Both the position numbers and the translations under genes were made by a program. Below the pieces are notes generated by a model. The model had not been told where the DNA came from. It made no database searches and worked only from the letters and a program-made list of their open reading frames with translations. Source: an uncultured Verrucomicrobiae bacterium (GTDB lineage: Bacteria; Verrucomicrobiota; Verrucomicrobiia; Opitutales; JABDGR01). Taken from it: a stretch of DNA of 64,000 nucleotides. The stretch spans positions 480,001 to 544,000 of the forward strand of contig CAVXVB010000005.1 of assembly GCA_963765205.1 (NCBI GenBank), in the 5' to 3' direction. This document shows, piece by piece, positions 10,013-18,562 of the stretch; the first letter of the stretch is position 1; every line of letters starts with the position of its first letter.

Positions 10013-10241
10013 GACGACGTTCCTCCGCCCGGCTGGCCAGCAATGCCGAGGTCAAATGGCTGCCGGCAAACATCCCCCGTGCGGATTGGATCGGGTCGTC
10101 GTCCTCTCGCAGATTGGGAGTGCCATTTTTCTTCTGGCCGCTCGATTGCTTGGCGGCAAACGCGTCAAACCACTCCGAAAAGCGGGCTAATTCGGCGCCG
10201 GAAAGCCGGCTTACGGCAGACTCGATTTCTTGGACGCTCAT
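10005..10241 (-). CDS. Putative antitoxin
   Basis: 78 aa, overlaps the PIN gene by 8 nt; MSVQEIESAVSRLS...PIQSARGMF. Confidence 0.7.
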   Translation of the reverse strand: MSVQEIESAVSRLSGAELARFSEWFDAFAAKQSSGQKKNGTPNLREDDDPIQSARGMFAGSHLTSALLASRAEERRRG

Positions 10242-10291
10242 GATACTAAGGTTAATATAATTAATTTAAAAAGCAAGCTTGCTTCAAGCAA

Positions 10292-11476
10292 CTACCCCTT
10301 TTCCGCCGCCAGGAACGCCCGTAGCAGGGCATACAAATCCGGTGAGTTGAGCAGGAACGAATCGTGGCCGAGGTCGGAGGTGATTTCCGCGAAGGTGGCG
10401 CGTTTGTTCGCGCGCAGCATGGCTTGCGCGATTTCCTGGCTCTGCTCCGTCGGAAACAGCCAGTCCGACGTGAAGCCGACGACGAGCGCGCGCGCCGTCA
10501 TGGCCCGGAAGGCGTCTTCGAGCCGCCCGTCCGGCCCGTGCAAATCAAAGCGGTCGAGCGCCTTGGTGAAATAAAGATAGGTGTTCGCGTCGAAGCGGTT
10601 CACGAAGCTTTGCCCCTGGTGCTGCAAGTAACTCTCGACCTCGAACTCGACCGCGAAATGTCCCGACGCGTCGCCGCTGTTGCCCGCGGGCGCCGGCTCG
10701 CGCCGCGCCCGGCCAAACTTCGAGTCGAGGCTCTTGTTCGACAGATAGGTGATATGCGCCATCATCCGCGCCACGGCCAGGCCGACGTTCGGTCCCGCCT
10801 CCGGCGGGTAGTCGCCGTGGTTCCAGGCCGGGTCCTGCATGATCGCGCTGCGCCCCACCGCGTTGAAGGCGATGGCCTGCGCGCTCTGCCGCGCGGTCGT
10901 CGCCAGCGCGATCACGCTGCGCGCCTGGTCGGGAAAATCAATTGCCCACTGCAGCGCCATCATCCCCCCCATCGAGCCGCCCACCACCGCCGCCAGGCTG
11001 CGCACCCCGAGGTGTGCGACCAGCCGGGCGTGCGCCCGCACCATGTCGCGGATGGTCAGCGCCGGGAAATCGAGGTTGTAGCGCCGGCCCGTGCGCGGGT
11101 TTGGCGAACTCGGCCCGGTCGAGCCGCGGCACCCGCCCAGGCAATTCGCGCAAATGACGAAATACTTTTTCGTGTCAAACGGGCGGCCCGGGCCGATGAT
11201 CTGGTCCCACCAGCCCGGCTTGCGGTCGCCGGCGGCGTGGCGGCCCGCGCAATGGTGGTCGCCGCTCAACGCGTGGCAGATGAAGATCGCGTTGGAGCGG
11301 GCGGCGTCCAACTCGCCGTAAGTCTCGTAGCGCAGCGTGAACTCCGGGATTTCCACGCCGCAGTCGAACTTGAACGGCTCCGGGCACACGAAGTCCTGCG
11401 GGCATACCACGCCCACGCCGCCGCTCTCAGCGGCGGGGTCGGGCGCGGTTTCCAGAGCGGTGCGGTCATCGGTCAT
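10292..11476 (-). CDS. metX: Homoserine O-acetyltransferase
   Basis: YETYGEL, CHALSGDHH, GGSMGGM nucleophile elbow, RFDANTY, GHDSFL. Confidence 0.93.
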   Translation of the reverse strand: MTDDRTALETAPDPAAESGGVGVVCPQDFVCPEPFKFDCGVEIPEFTLRYETYGELDAARSNAIFICHALSGDHHCAGRHAAGDRKPGWWDQIIGPGRPFDTKKYFVICANCLGGCRGSTGPSSPNPRTGRRYNLDFPALTIRDMVRAHARLVAHLGVRSLAAVVGGSMGGMMALQWAIDFPDQARSVIALATTARQSAQAIAFNAVGRSAIMQDPAWNHGDYPPEAGPNVGLAVARMMAHITYLSNKSLDSKFGRARREPAPAGNSGDASGHFAVEFEVESYLQHQGQSFVNRFDANTYLYFTKALDRFDLHGPDGRLEDAFRAMTARALVVGFTSDWLFPTEQSQEIAQAMLRANKRATFAEITSDLGHDSFLLNSPDLYALLRAFLAAEKG

Positions 11477-11482
11477 TCAAAA

Positions 11483-11512
11483 AGGATGAAGGATGAAGGA
11501 TGAAGGATGAAG
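11483..11512. repeat. GGATGAA heptamer tandem repeat
   Basis: aggatgaaggatgaaggatgaaggatgaag; the same unit forms an inverted pair at 35874-35897 / 35990-36017. Confidence 0.8.
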
Positions 11513-11556
11513 CAAAAAAGCATCCAAGGCCGACCATCCTGCATTTGGGCAAAAAA

Positions 11557-11658
11557 AACGGTCAGGCACCCTACGGCACTCGCGAAGCCTGGTTACCGTT
11601 GCACCCTTCCGGGCCTGGCGGAGTTCACCGGTTCTACGTTGCATAGGACCCGACCGCC
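11557..11658 (-). ncRNA. ffs: Signal recognition particle RNA (small bacterial 4.5S type)
   Basis: Minus strand reads GGCGGUCGGGUCCUAUGCAACG...GCCAGGCCCGGAAGGGUGCAACGG...GUGCCGUAGGGUGCCUGACCGUU: helix-8 GGAA tetraloop with CAGG loop, paired ends, U-run after. Confidence 0.9.
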
Positions 11659-11723
11659 CGGAAGCATCGCACAGGCGGGCGGGTAGGGCAATCCTTTTAA
11701 TTGAGCGGTTTACGCGCCGGGAT

Positions 11724-11825
11724 AATTCACCGCAAAGGCGCGGAGAACGCAAAGGGGGTTTTTGATAGAATTAACAAAATTGACAGAATTAATTCTTAGC
11801 GGTCTTCGCGTCTTCGCGGTGAATT
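11724..11825. repeat. Palindromic CGCAAAG-family repeat, copy 2
   Basis: aattcaccgcaaaggcgcggagaacgcaaag ... cggtcttcgcgtcttcgcggtgaatt. Confidence 0.8.
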
Positions 11826-11849
11826 GCCTTGGTGTTTTTCGAACCCAAC

Positions 11850-12470
11850 CTAATCCAGCTTGTCCGCCGGCCGGAGAAACTCCGCCGCCACCCGGCCCGT
11901 CGCGCGCAGTTGCCGCACCAGCGCCGCCGGCGCGTTGACGACGATGAGCTTCCGCGCCGCCGCCCACACCGGCACATCCACATACGAATTGCCCGCGTAA
12001 TCGAAGCCGCCCCGGCCAAACCGCGCCACCAGCGCCGCGCACTTCGCCCGCCCGCGCAAGTTCGTGCGCCCGTCGCTCGCCAGCACTTCGTCGAACAAAC
12101 CGACGTGCGCCGCCACTTTTTCCACCAGTGCGCGCTCCGAGGCGCTGGCCAGCACGAGCTTACGCCCGCGTTTTTTTTCCGCGCGTAAAAAGTCCACGAA
12201 CGGCGTGATGTAGGGCAGCCGCGCCGGGTCAATCGTCGCGCGCGCGGCCACCTGGCGCTTCAAGTTCGCCCGCCCGCGCAAAAACCAAACCGGCACCAGC
12301 AGCAGGTATAAAAAGTTCCGCCGCCGCAAAACCGCCAGCGACTCCCAGAGCAAGTCCGAGTAGATCAGCGTCCCGTCCAAATCCACGCACAGCGGCACCG
12401 CGGAGGCCGGAGCCTCGTCGGCCGCCGCCGGGGTGGGAGAGGATTCATTTGCCAAGCCCGGCCATTCCAC
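11850..12470 (-). CDS. HAD-like hydrolase domain, as found at the N-terminus of HAD-UbiA fusion proteins
   Basis: PLCVDLDGTLIYSDLLWES, LASAS, SDGRTNLRGRAK, FDYAGNSYVDVPVW. Confidence 0.8.
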   Translation of the reverse strand: MEWPGLANESSPTPAAADEAPASAVPLCVDLDGTLIYSDLLWESLAVLRRRNFLYLLLVPVWFLRGRANLKRQVAARATIDPARLPYITPFVDFLRAEKKRGRKLVLASASERALVEKVAAHVGLFDEVLASDGRTNLRGRAKCAALVARFGRGGFDYAGNSYVDVPVWAAARKLIVVNAPAALVRQLRATGRVAAEFLRPADKLD

Positions 12471-12565
12471 CCCAAACCCCGCTCCGCCTCAAGCCTTTCC
12501 GGGGCGAAGCCTAACCGCCGCATACGGGTCTTGCTTTTGTCGCAGAAGGTCTTACTATGAGGTTT

Positions 12566-12817
12566 ATGTCCTCCCTAACCATCAAGCTTTCTCCCGCGTT
12601 GAAATCGGAATTGGAAAGCACCGCGCGTCTGCGCGGAAGGAGCGTCTCCGCCGTCGTCCGTGAGGCGGTCGAGGGGCGTTTGCGCCAGGGCCAGCGCAAG
12701 GGCAAGTCGTCCTTGTATGAACGCACCGCTCATTTGCGCGGTTGTTTTGACAGCGGGGTCAAGGATTTGGCCACCAATCCGAAATACCTGGAAGGGTTCG
12801 GCGAGTGGAAACGGTGA
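12566..12817 (+). CDS. Ribbon-helix-helix (CopG-like) antitoxin
   Basis: LTIKLSPAL..ELESTAR..GRSVSAVVREAV; C-terminal GCFDSGVKDLATNPKYLEGFG; overlaps PIN gene. Confidence 0.8.
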   Translation: MSSLTIKLSPALKSELESTARLRGRSVSAVVREAVEGRLRQGQRKGKSSLYERTAHLRGCFDSGVKDLATNPKYLEGFGEWKR

Positions 12818-13221
12818 TTGCCGACGCTGGGCCACTGGTGGCTTATTTTGATCGTGGTGAACTGCACCACGAATGGGTTTGTTCCGTTTTGCAGAAAATG
12901 ACGAAACCGATGGTCACTTGCGATGCGGTCTTGGCCGAGACAGCTTTTGTGCTCAGTCGCAAAGGCCAGCATGCAGACATGGTTTTCTCGCTCCTCACCG
13001 AGGGGCTGGTCACCCTGGGCTTTGAAACGGCGAAACACCATCGTGAACTGGCGGCGCTCATGCGGGTTTATCGCGACGTCCCGATGTCCTTGGCCGATGC
13101 TTCGTTGGTGCGAATGAGCGAACTAAACCGCGACAGCGTCCTTTTCACTCTTGATCGCGATTTTCGGGTGTATCGCCGCAACGGCCGCCAGCGCATCCCG
13201 TTATTGGCGCCCTTTGCTTGA
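12805..13221 (+). CDS. PIN-domain (VapC) toxin
   Basis: VIADAGPLVA, VLAE, MSLADASLV, TLDRDFRVYR. Confidence 0.88.
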   Translation: METVIADAGPLVAYFDRGELHHEWVCSVLQKMTKPMVTCDAVLAETAFVLSRKGQHADMVFSLLTEGLVTLGFETAKHHRELAALMRVYRDVPMSLADASLVRMSELNRDSVLFTLDRDFRVYRRNGRQRIPLLAPFA

Positions 13222-13282
13222 TTTTCCTTTTGCTCCAAAACCTTGCTTCTACCGGGCGGGAGTGTCATTTTCATCCTTTTGC

Positions 13283-14803
13283 ATGAGCGATCAACCGTCA
13301 AACCCATCCCTGCCCGCCGCGCCGTCCGTTTCCGCCGTCAGCCATGACTTGCGCGCGGTGCGCCTGCTGCGCCTGCAGGAATTGCGCGCGCAGGGGCAGG
13401 ACCCGTTTCAGAACAACTGGACGCAATCGCACACGTCCCAGCAGGCCATCGCGATGTATGTCGAGGGCACGGAACTCGGCCCCGAGGTCTCCGTCGCCGG
13501 GCGCATGACCATCTCGCGCGACCAGGGCAAATCCTGCTTCATCAAGCTGCTCGACCGCGACGGCCTCATTCAGGTTTACGTCCGCAAGGACGAAATCGGC
13601 GACGAGGCCTTCGCCGAGTTCAAGAAACTCGATCTGGGCGACATCCTCGGCGTCGCCGGCCCGATTTTCAAAACCAAGACCGGTGAAATCACCGTCCGCG
13701 CGAAAAAATACGCCTTGCTCGCCAAGGCGCTGCGCCCGCTCCCGGAAAAGTGGCACGGACTCACCGATAGCGAGCAGATTTACCGCCAGCGCTACCTGGA
13801 CCTCATCGTCAACCCCGCCTCGCGCGAGCGCTTTCAACTGCGCAGCCGCATCGTGCGCGCCGTGCGCGAATACCTTTGGAGCCGCGATTTCGTGGAAGTC
13901 GAGACGCCGGTGCTGCAAACCCTGGCCGGCGGCGCGGCGGCGCGGCCCTTCATCACGCACTTCAACGCCCTCGACTGCGATTTTTACCTCCGCATCGCGC
14001 TCGAGCTGCACCTCAAGCGCATGTTGGTCGGCGGCTTCGACCGCGTTTATGAAATCGGCCGCGTTTTCCGCAACGAAGGCCTCTCGCGCCGGCACAATCC
14101 CGAGTTCACCATGCTCGAGGTTTACCAGGCCTACACGGATTACCGCGGCATGATGATGCTCATCCACGACCTCATCCAGTATATCTGCCGCACGGCGCTC
14201 GGCGGGCGCACCAGCATCCCGCGCCCCGAAGGCGGCGAAATCGAACTCGCCGGCAAATGGCGCGAGGTCAAATACAAGGATTTGATCATCGAGGCCACCG
14301 GCGACGCCGAGTGGTTCACGCGCCCGCGCGAGGCCAAGCTCGCCGCCTGTGCCGGCCTCGGCCTCGAGGTTAACCCCGCGCTGCCCGACTTTGCCATCAC
14401 CCAGGACGTGTTCGAGAAGCTCATCGAACCCAAGCTCATCCAGCCCACCTTCGTCACGCACATCCCCGGCGAATTGTGCCCGCTGGCGAAAATCACCCGC
14501 GGCGACCCCTCGACCCTCGACGTTTTCGAACTCTGCATCAACGGCCAGGAAATTGCGCCCGCCTATTCCGAGCAGAACGACCCCCTGCTCCAGCGTGAGC
14601 AATTCACCCGGCAAGTCGGCGACGACATCCAGAAACTGGACGAAGACTTCCTCACCGCCCTCGAACACGGCATGCCCCCCGCCGGCGGTATGGGCGTCGG
14701 CATTGACCGGCTCGTCATCCTGCTCACCGGCGCCGCGAATATCCGCGATACGATTCTCTTCCCCTCGCTGAAGCCGGAAGCCGGCCCGGAGCGGGGGACC
14801 TAA
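13283..14803 (+). CDS. lysS: Lysine--tRNA ligase (class II)
   Basis: YRQRYLDLI, EVETP..GGAAARPF, FRNEG...HNPEFTMLE, GMPPAGGMGVGIDRL. Confidence 0.96.
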   Translation: MSDQPSNPSLPAAPSVSAVSHDLRAVRLLRLQELRAQGQDPFQNNWTQSHTSQQAIAMYVEGTELGPEVSVAGRMTISRDQGKSCFIKLLDRDGLIQVYVRKDEIGDEAFAEFKKLDLGDILGVAGPIFKTKTGEITVRAKKYALLAKALRPLPEKWHGLTDSEQIYRQRYLDLIVNPASRERFQLRSRIVRAVREYLWSRDFVEVETPVLQTLAGGAAARPFITHFNALDCDFYLRIALELHLKRMLVGGFDRVYEIGRVFRNEGLSRRHNPEFTMLEVYQAYTDYRGMMMLIHDLIQYICRTALGGRTSIPRPEGGEIELAGKWREVKYKDLIIEATGDAEWFTRPREAKLAACAGLGLEVNPALPDFAITQDVFEKLIEPKLIQPTFVTHIPGELCPLAKITRGDPSTLDVFELCINGQEIAPAYSEQNDPLLQREQFTRQVGDDIQKLDEDFLTALEHGMPPAGGMGVGIDRLVILLTGAANIRDTILFPSLKPEAGPERGT

Positions 14804-14853
14804 ATCACGATTTGAAGATTGCCGGGCGGGCGGCCTTTGCCTAGATTTTCTCC

Positions 14854-15048
14854 ATGAAAACTACCCTGATCAGCAAGCCCCGTCGAACCCGTCGCCTGCG
14901 CGTGGCCCGCCCGGCGATCAAACCCGCGCGGCCCACCCTCTGGGAAGTCATCCAGCCTTTCGTCGGCATGGCGGATAATTTGCCCGCCGATCTCGCGCTG
15001 AACCACGATCATTACCTCTACGGCGCGGCCAAACGCGCGGGCCGATGA
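14854..15048 (+). CDS. Putative antitoxin
   Basis: 64 aa ending LPADLALNHDHYLYG; ATGA overlap with the PIN gene. Confidence 0.75.
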   Translation: MKTTLISKPRRTRRLRVARPAIKPARPTLWEVIQPFVGMADNLPADLALNHDHYLYGAAKRAGR

Positions 15049-15449
15049 AAGCGGTTTTTGCCGACACTTTTTATTTTTGCGCCTTGCTCAATCGCGCGGA
15101 CGCCGCCCATGGCCGCGCCGTGGCCTTTGCCCGCCAGAACACGCAGCCGCTGGTGACGACGGTGTTGGTGCTCGCCGAGTTGGCCAATACCTTTGCCGAA
15201 ACTTCCCTGCGCCGACGCACCAGCGAATTTATCCGCGCCCTCGAATCATCAGCCCAGTTCCGGGCGTGGCCTCTGACCATCGAGTTATGGGACGCCAGTT
15301 TACTTCTTTACCAAGAGCGAGAGGACAAAGGATGGTCGCTGACCGACTGTAGCTCCTTTGTTCTCATGCGCCAGTTGGGTTTAAGCGTGGCGCTGACTGG
15401 TGACCACCATTTTATCCAAGCCGGTTTCGAGGCGATGTTTGCGAAATAG
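15045..15449 (+). CDS. PIN-domain (VapC) toxin
   Basis: VFADTFY, VLAE, DKGWSLTDCSSF, LTGDHHFIQAGF. Confidence 0.9.
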   Translation: MKAVFADTFYFCALLNRADAAHGRAVAFARQNTQPLVTTVLVLAELANTFAETSLRRRTSEFIRALESSAQFRAWPLTIELWDASLLLYQEREDKGWSLTDCSSFVLMRQLGLSVALTGDHHFIQAGFEAMFAK

Positions 15450-15535
15450 ATCAACTATCTTGTGCCTGGTGGCCACCTTCCGGCTTCCTTTTTCCTGCTT
15501 CCGTCTTCTTAATTCTGCCTTCTTAATTCGTCCCC

Positions 15536-17017
15536 ATGCCCTGGCCCGTTTATCTCGCCTGCAAGCACCTCTTCCCCACCGGGCGCGGGCTGACTTGGCG
15601 CGCGATGCGGAGAGTGTGCTTGATTGCGGTCGTGGTCTCGGCGGTTTTATTCGGCAGCCTGCTTTGCTTTTTGTGGTGGCGCGGCGTGCTGACACGACTG
15701 CATCTCCATAACCCCTCGACGCTGGCGTTGGCGGGGCAACTCGGCCTCGTCTGGCTTTGGCTGGCGTTTGCGGTGTTTGTCGTCGCCTTTCTTTTTCATT
15801 GCACGCCGTTTTTCAACGCCATGTCCATCCTCGGCATCATGCTGGGCGTCACGGTGCTTATCACCGTGCAGAGCGTCATGAACGGCTTCGCCAACGAATA
15901 CGTCCGCGTCTTCATCGAAACGCAGGGCCATTTGACTGTTCGGGCGGACGAACCCATGAAAGATTCCAAGCAAGTGGCCGACGTCATCAAACGAGTCTCC
16001 GGCGTGACGCTGGCCGAGCCGGTGGCGGAAGGGGCGGTGATGCTCTTGAGCAGCGCGGGCCGCCCCGCCTTCCCCCAAGTGCGCAGCTTCGACATGAACA
16101 ACCCCGACACCCAGCGCGACCCGCTCGTGCCCGATGTCACGGCAGGCAAGTTTGACGACCTTGACGACCACAGCGTCCTGCTCGGTTACGGCCTGGCCCA
16201 ACTGCTGCAGGCGAACGTCGGCGATACAGTGGATGTATACACGCTCTATATGTTTCAAAGCATCAAGCGTGACGACGTGCTCCGCCCCAAGCAATTGACC
16301 GTGGCCGGCATCTTTGACACCGGCTTCGCCGTGTATGACGACAACACCATGGGTGTCACCTTGCGCACGATGCAGGAACTCTATGGCTTCAGCGACGAAG
16401 TGGGCGCCATCGAAGTGCGCCTCGATAATGACGATGAAGGCCACCTCTTGGACGTGCAAAACGCGATTGAAAAGGCGCTGCAGCCCCTCAACCAGCAGCG
16501 CCTCGCCGCCGGCGGGCCGGGCGCGCTCCTGCAAGTGGAAAACTGGGAAGAGCGCAACCACGACCAACTGCAAATCCTCTTTGTCGAAAAATCGGTCATG
16601 TTCTACATCATGATCGTCATCGTCATCGTGGCGGCCTTCTGCATCCTGTGCTCGCTCGCCACCTCCGTGGTGCGCAAGACGCGGGAAGTCGGCGTGCTCG
16701 GCGCGCTCGGCGCCCGGCCCACGCAGGTGGCGGCGGTGTTTTGCCTCCAGGGCCTCCTCATCGGCGCGGTGGGCACGCTCTTGGGCGTGGGCCTCTCGCT
16801 GCTGCTGCTCCATTACCGGCAAGTCATCGTGACCGCCTTCGTGGACCAATACCTCATCGAGGAATTTTATAAGTTCTACAGTTTTCCGGCGGAGTATCGC
16901 CTGGTGGATTTTGCCCGCATCATCGGCTTTACCTTCGTCATCACCACCCTGGCCGGCCTGCTCCCCGCCTGGTGGGCCGCCCGCCTCAAACCCGCGGAAT
17001 GTTTGCGGTATGAGTAG
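15536..17017 (+). CDS. LolC/E (FtsX-like) ABC transporter permease
   Basis: GIMLGVTVLITVQSVMNGF, MacB-like periplasmic domain, VVRKTREVGVLGALGA, PAWWAARLKPAECLRYE. Confidence 0.88.
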   Translation: MPWPVYLACKHLFPTGRGLTWRAMRRVCLIAVVVSAVLFGSLLCFLWWRGVLTRLHLHNPSTLALAGQLGLVWLWLAFAVFVVAFLFHCTPFFNAMSILGIMLGVTVLITVQSVMNGFANEYVRVFIETQGHLTVRADEPMKDSKQVADVIKRVSGVTLAEPVAEGAVMLLSSAGRPAFPQVRSFDMNNPDTQRDPLVPDVTAGKFDDLDDHSVLLGYGLAQLLQANVGDTVDVYTLYMFQSIKRDDVLRPKQLTVAGIFDTGFAVYDDNTMGVTLRTMQELYGFSDEVGAIEVRLDNDDEGHLLDVQNAIEKALQPLNQQRLAAGGPGALLQVENWEERNHDQLQILFVEKSVMFYIMIVIVIVAAFCILCSLATSVVRKTREVGVLGALGARPTQVAAVFCLQGLLIGAVGTLLGVGLSLLLLHYRQVIVTAFVDQYLIEEFYKFYSFPAEYRLVDFARIIGFTFVITTLAGLLPAWWAARLKPAECLRYE

Positions 17018-17027
17018 CATTGCTGCC

Positions 17028-17717
17028 ATGTCTCCGCCCATCCTCAGCGCCGCCGGCCTGACCAAGAGTTACGCGACCCCCGCGGGTCCGTTGCCCGTTT
17101 TATGCGGCGTGGACCTTGCCGTCACCCCCGGCGAAAGCGTGAGCATCCGCGGTGAGTCCGGCTCCGGCAAAACCACCCTTTTGTATTGCCTCGCCGGGCT
17201 GGAGGAAATTGACGGCGGCGCCCTCGCCTGGGACGGCCTCGCCGTCACCCCCCTGCGCCCGGCTGCCCGCGCCCCGGCCCGCGCCCGGCTATTGGGATTT
17301 GTCTTTCAATCCTATTATCTAACCCCGGAGCTGGACGCGCTCGAGAACGTCCTCCTCGCGCGCCGCCTCCTCGGCCCGCTGCGGCCGGCGGACACGGCGC
17401 GCGCGCGCGACCTGCTCGGCCGCGTCGGCCTCGGCGGGCGTCTGCGGCACGTTCCCGGGAAGCTCTCCGGCGGCGAGGCCCAGCGCGTGGCCCTCGCGCG
17501 CGCGCTGCTCAACCACCCGCGCCTGCTCCTCGCCGACGAACCGACCGGCAACCTCGATGAACGCACGGCCGAGGAAGTCATCGCGCTGCTCCTGCGCCTC
17601 TGCGCCGAGGAAAACACCGCGCTCGTCCTCGTCACCCACCACGCCGGGTTTGCCGCGCGCACGGCCCGCGCCCTCCGCCTCGCACACGGCCTGCTCGCGC
17701 CCGCGGCCCGCGGTTAA
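17028..17717 (+). CDS. lolD: LolD-like ABC transporter ATP-binding protein
   Basis: GESGSGKT, LSGGEAQRVALARAL, LLADEPTGNLD; follows lolCE; alternative start at 17010. Confidence 0.8.
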   Translation: MSPPILSAAGLTKSYATPAGPLPVLCGVDLAVTPGESVSIRGESGSGKTTLLYCLAGLEEIDGGALAWDGLAVTPLRPAARAPARARLLGFVFQSYYLTPELDALENVLLARRLLGPLRPADTARARDLLGRVGLGGRLRHVPGKLSGGEAQRVALARALLNHPRLLLADEPTGNLDERTAEEVIALLLRLCAEENTALVLVTHHAGFAARTARALRLAHGLLAPAARG

Positions 17718-17786
17718 GTTTCCTAACCGTCCGCCGATTTATAAAAATGCTGTTGATTTCCGCGCCCCGCCGCCTACAACACCCCG

Positions 17787-18473
17787 ATGCTCGCGTGTTT
17801 TAACCCCAAACACCTCCCCGCCGCCGCCTTCTTCCTGCTGGCTGCGACGCTGCGTGGTGGGGCCGCCGACGCTGCCGCGCCCGCCCCGGCGCTGGCCACC
17901 ACGGGCGACGAAATCTCCGTCACCGGCTTCAATTTTAACCCACCCTTGGTGGATCCCTATGCCAAGGCCAGTTGGCTCGTGGCCGAAGTGGATTTCATGG
18001 GCAAGGCCGCCAGCGGCAAATGGTTGGACGACGTGGACGTCAACCTCACCCTCGGCTGGGGCACGACCGGCGTCAAAGCCTCGATTGACGTGGCGCTCAC
18101 TTCGACCGTCCACCTGCTTTCCATCCAAAGCGGCACGCGTGAAGTGGTTTTTTTCTTCGTCCCGCCCGAAGTGCTCGCCCGCGGCGCGAAAAACCAGGCC
18201 TTCGTCGCCAACGCCGCGCCGACCTTTTACGCCGTCCAATTCAAGGAAGGCGGCGCCGCCCTCTCCACCGACTACAAGAAATCCGACGTCTCCGCGCAAA
18301 CGCTGCCCAACAAAGACTATGTGGACGCGTTCGTCGCCAAAGGCGCCGACAACGGCCAGCTCATGTCCGAAGCCACCGTGCCCTCCCATATTCTCTACCT
18401 CGTGCTCGTGAGCAGCCGCGTCGGCAGCAATGTCTTTCCAACTTTTGTGCAAAATTCCACCGCCGGGCATTGA
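17787..18473 (+). CDS. Secreted protein, probable Amuc_1102-like pilus-system protein
   Basis: Signal peptide; WLVAEVDF...WLDDVDVNLTL; sits directly upstream of the PilM-like gene. Confidence 0.55.
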   Translation: MLACFNPKHLPAAAFFLLAATLRGGAADAAAPAPALATTGDEISVTGFNFNPPLVDPYAKASWLVAEVDFMGKAASGKWLDDVDVNLTLGWGTTGVKASIDVALTSTVHLLSIQSGTREVVFFFVPPEVLARGAKNQAFVANAAPTFYAVQFKEGGAALSTDYKKSDVSAQTLPNKDYVDAFVAKGADNGQLMSEATVPSHILYLVLVSSRVGSNVFPTFVQNSTAGH

Positions 18474-18562
18474 CACTGCGGATAATTTCTGCCAAAACCT
18501 TCAATTCCCCCTGAGGAAAAGCCCTTATACCTCCCTAAAATCCGCCCACCCCATTTTGCCGG

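Noticed and set aside
11477..11700. SAM riboswitch upstream of metX
   Set aside because: The structured element there matches SRP RNA; I saw no SAM-I AUCAAGAG/GGCAACC core.
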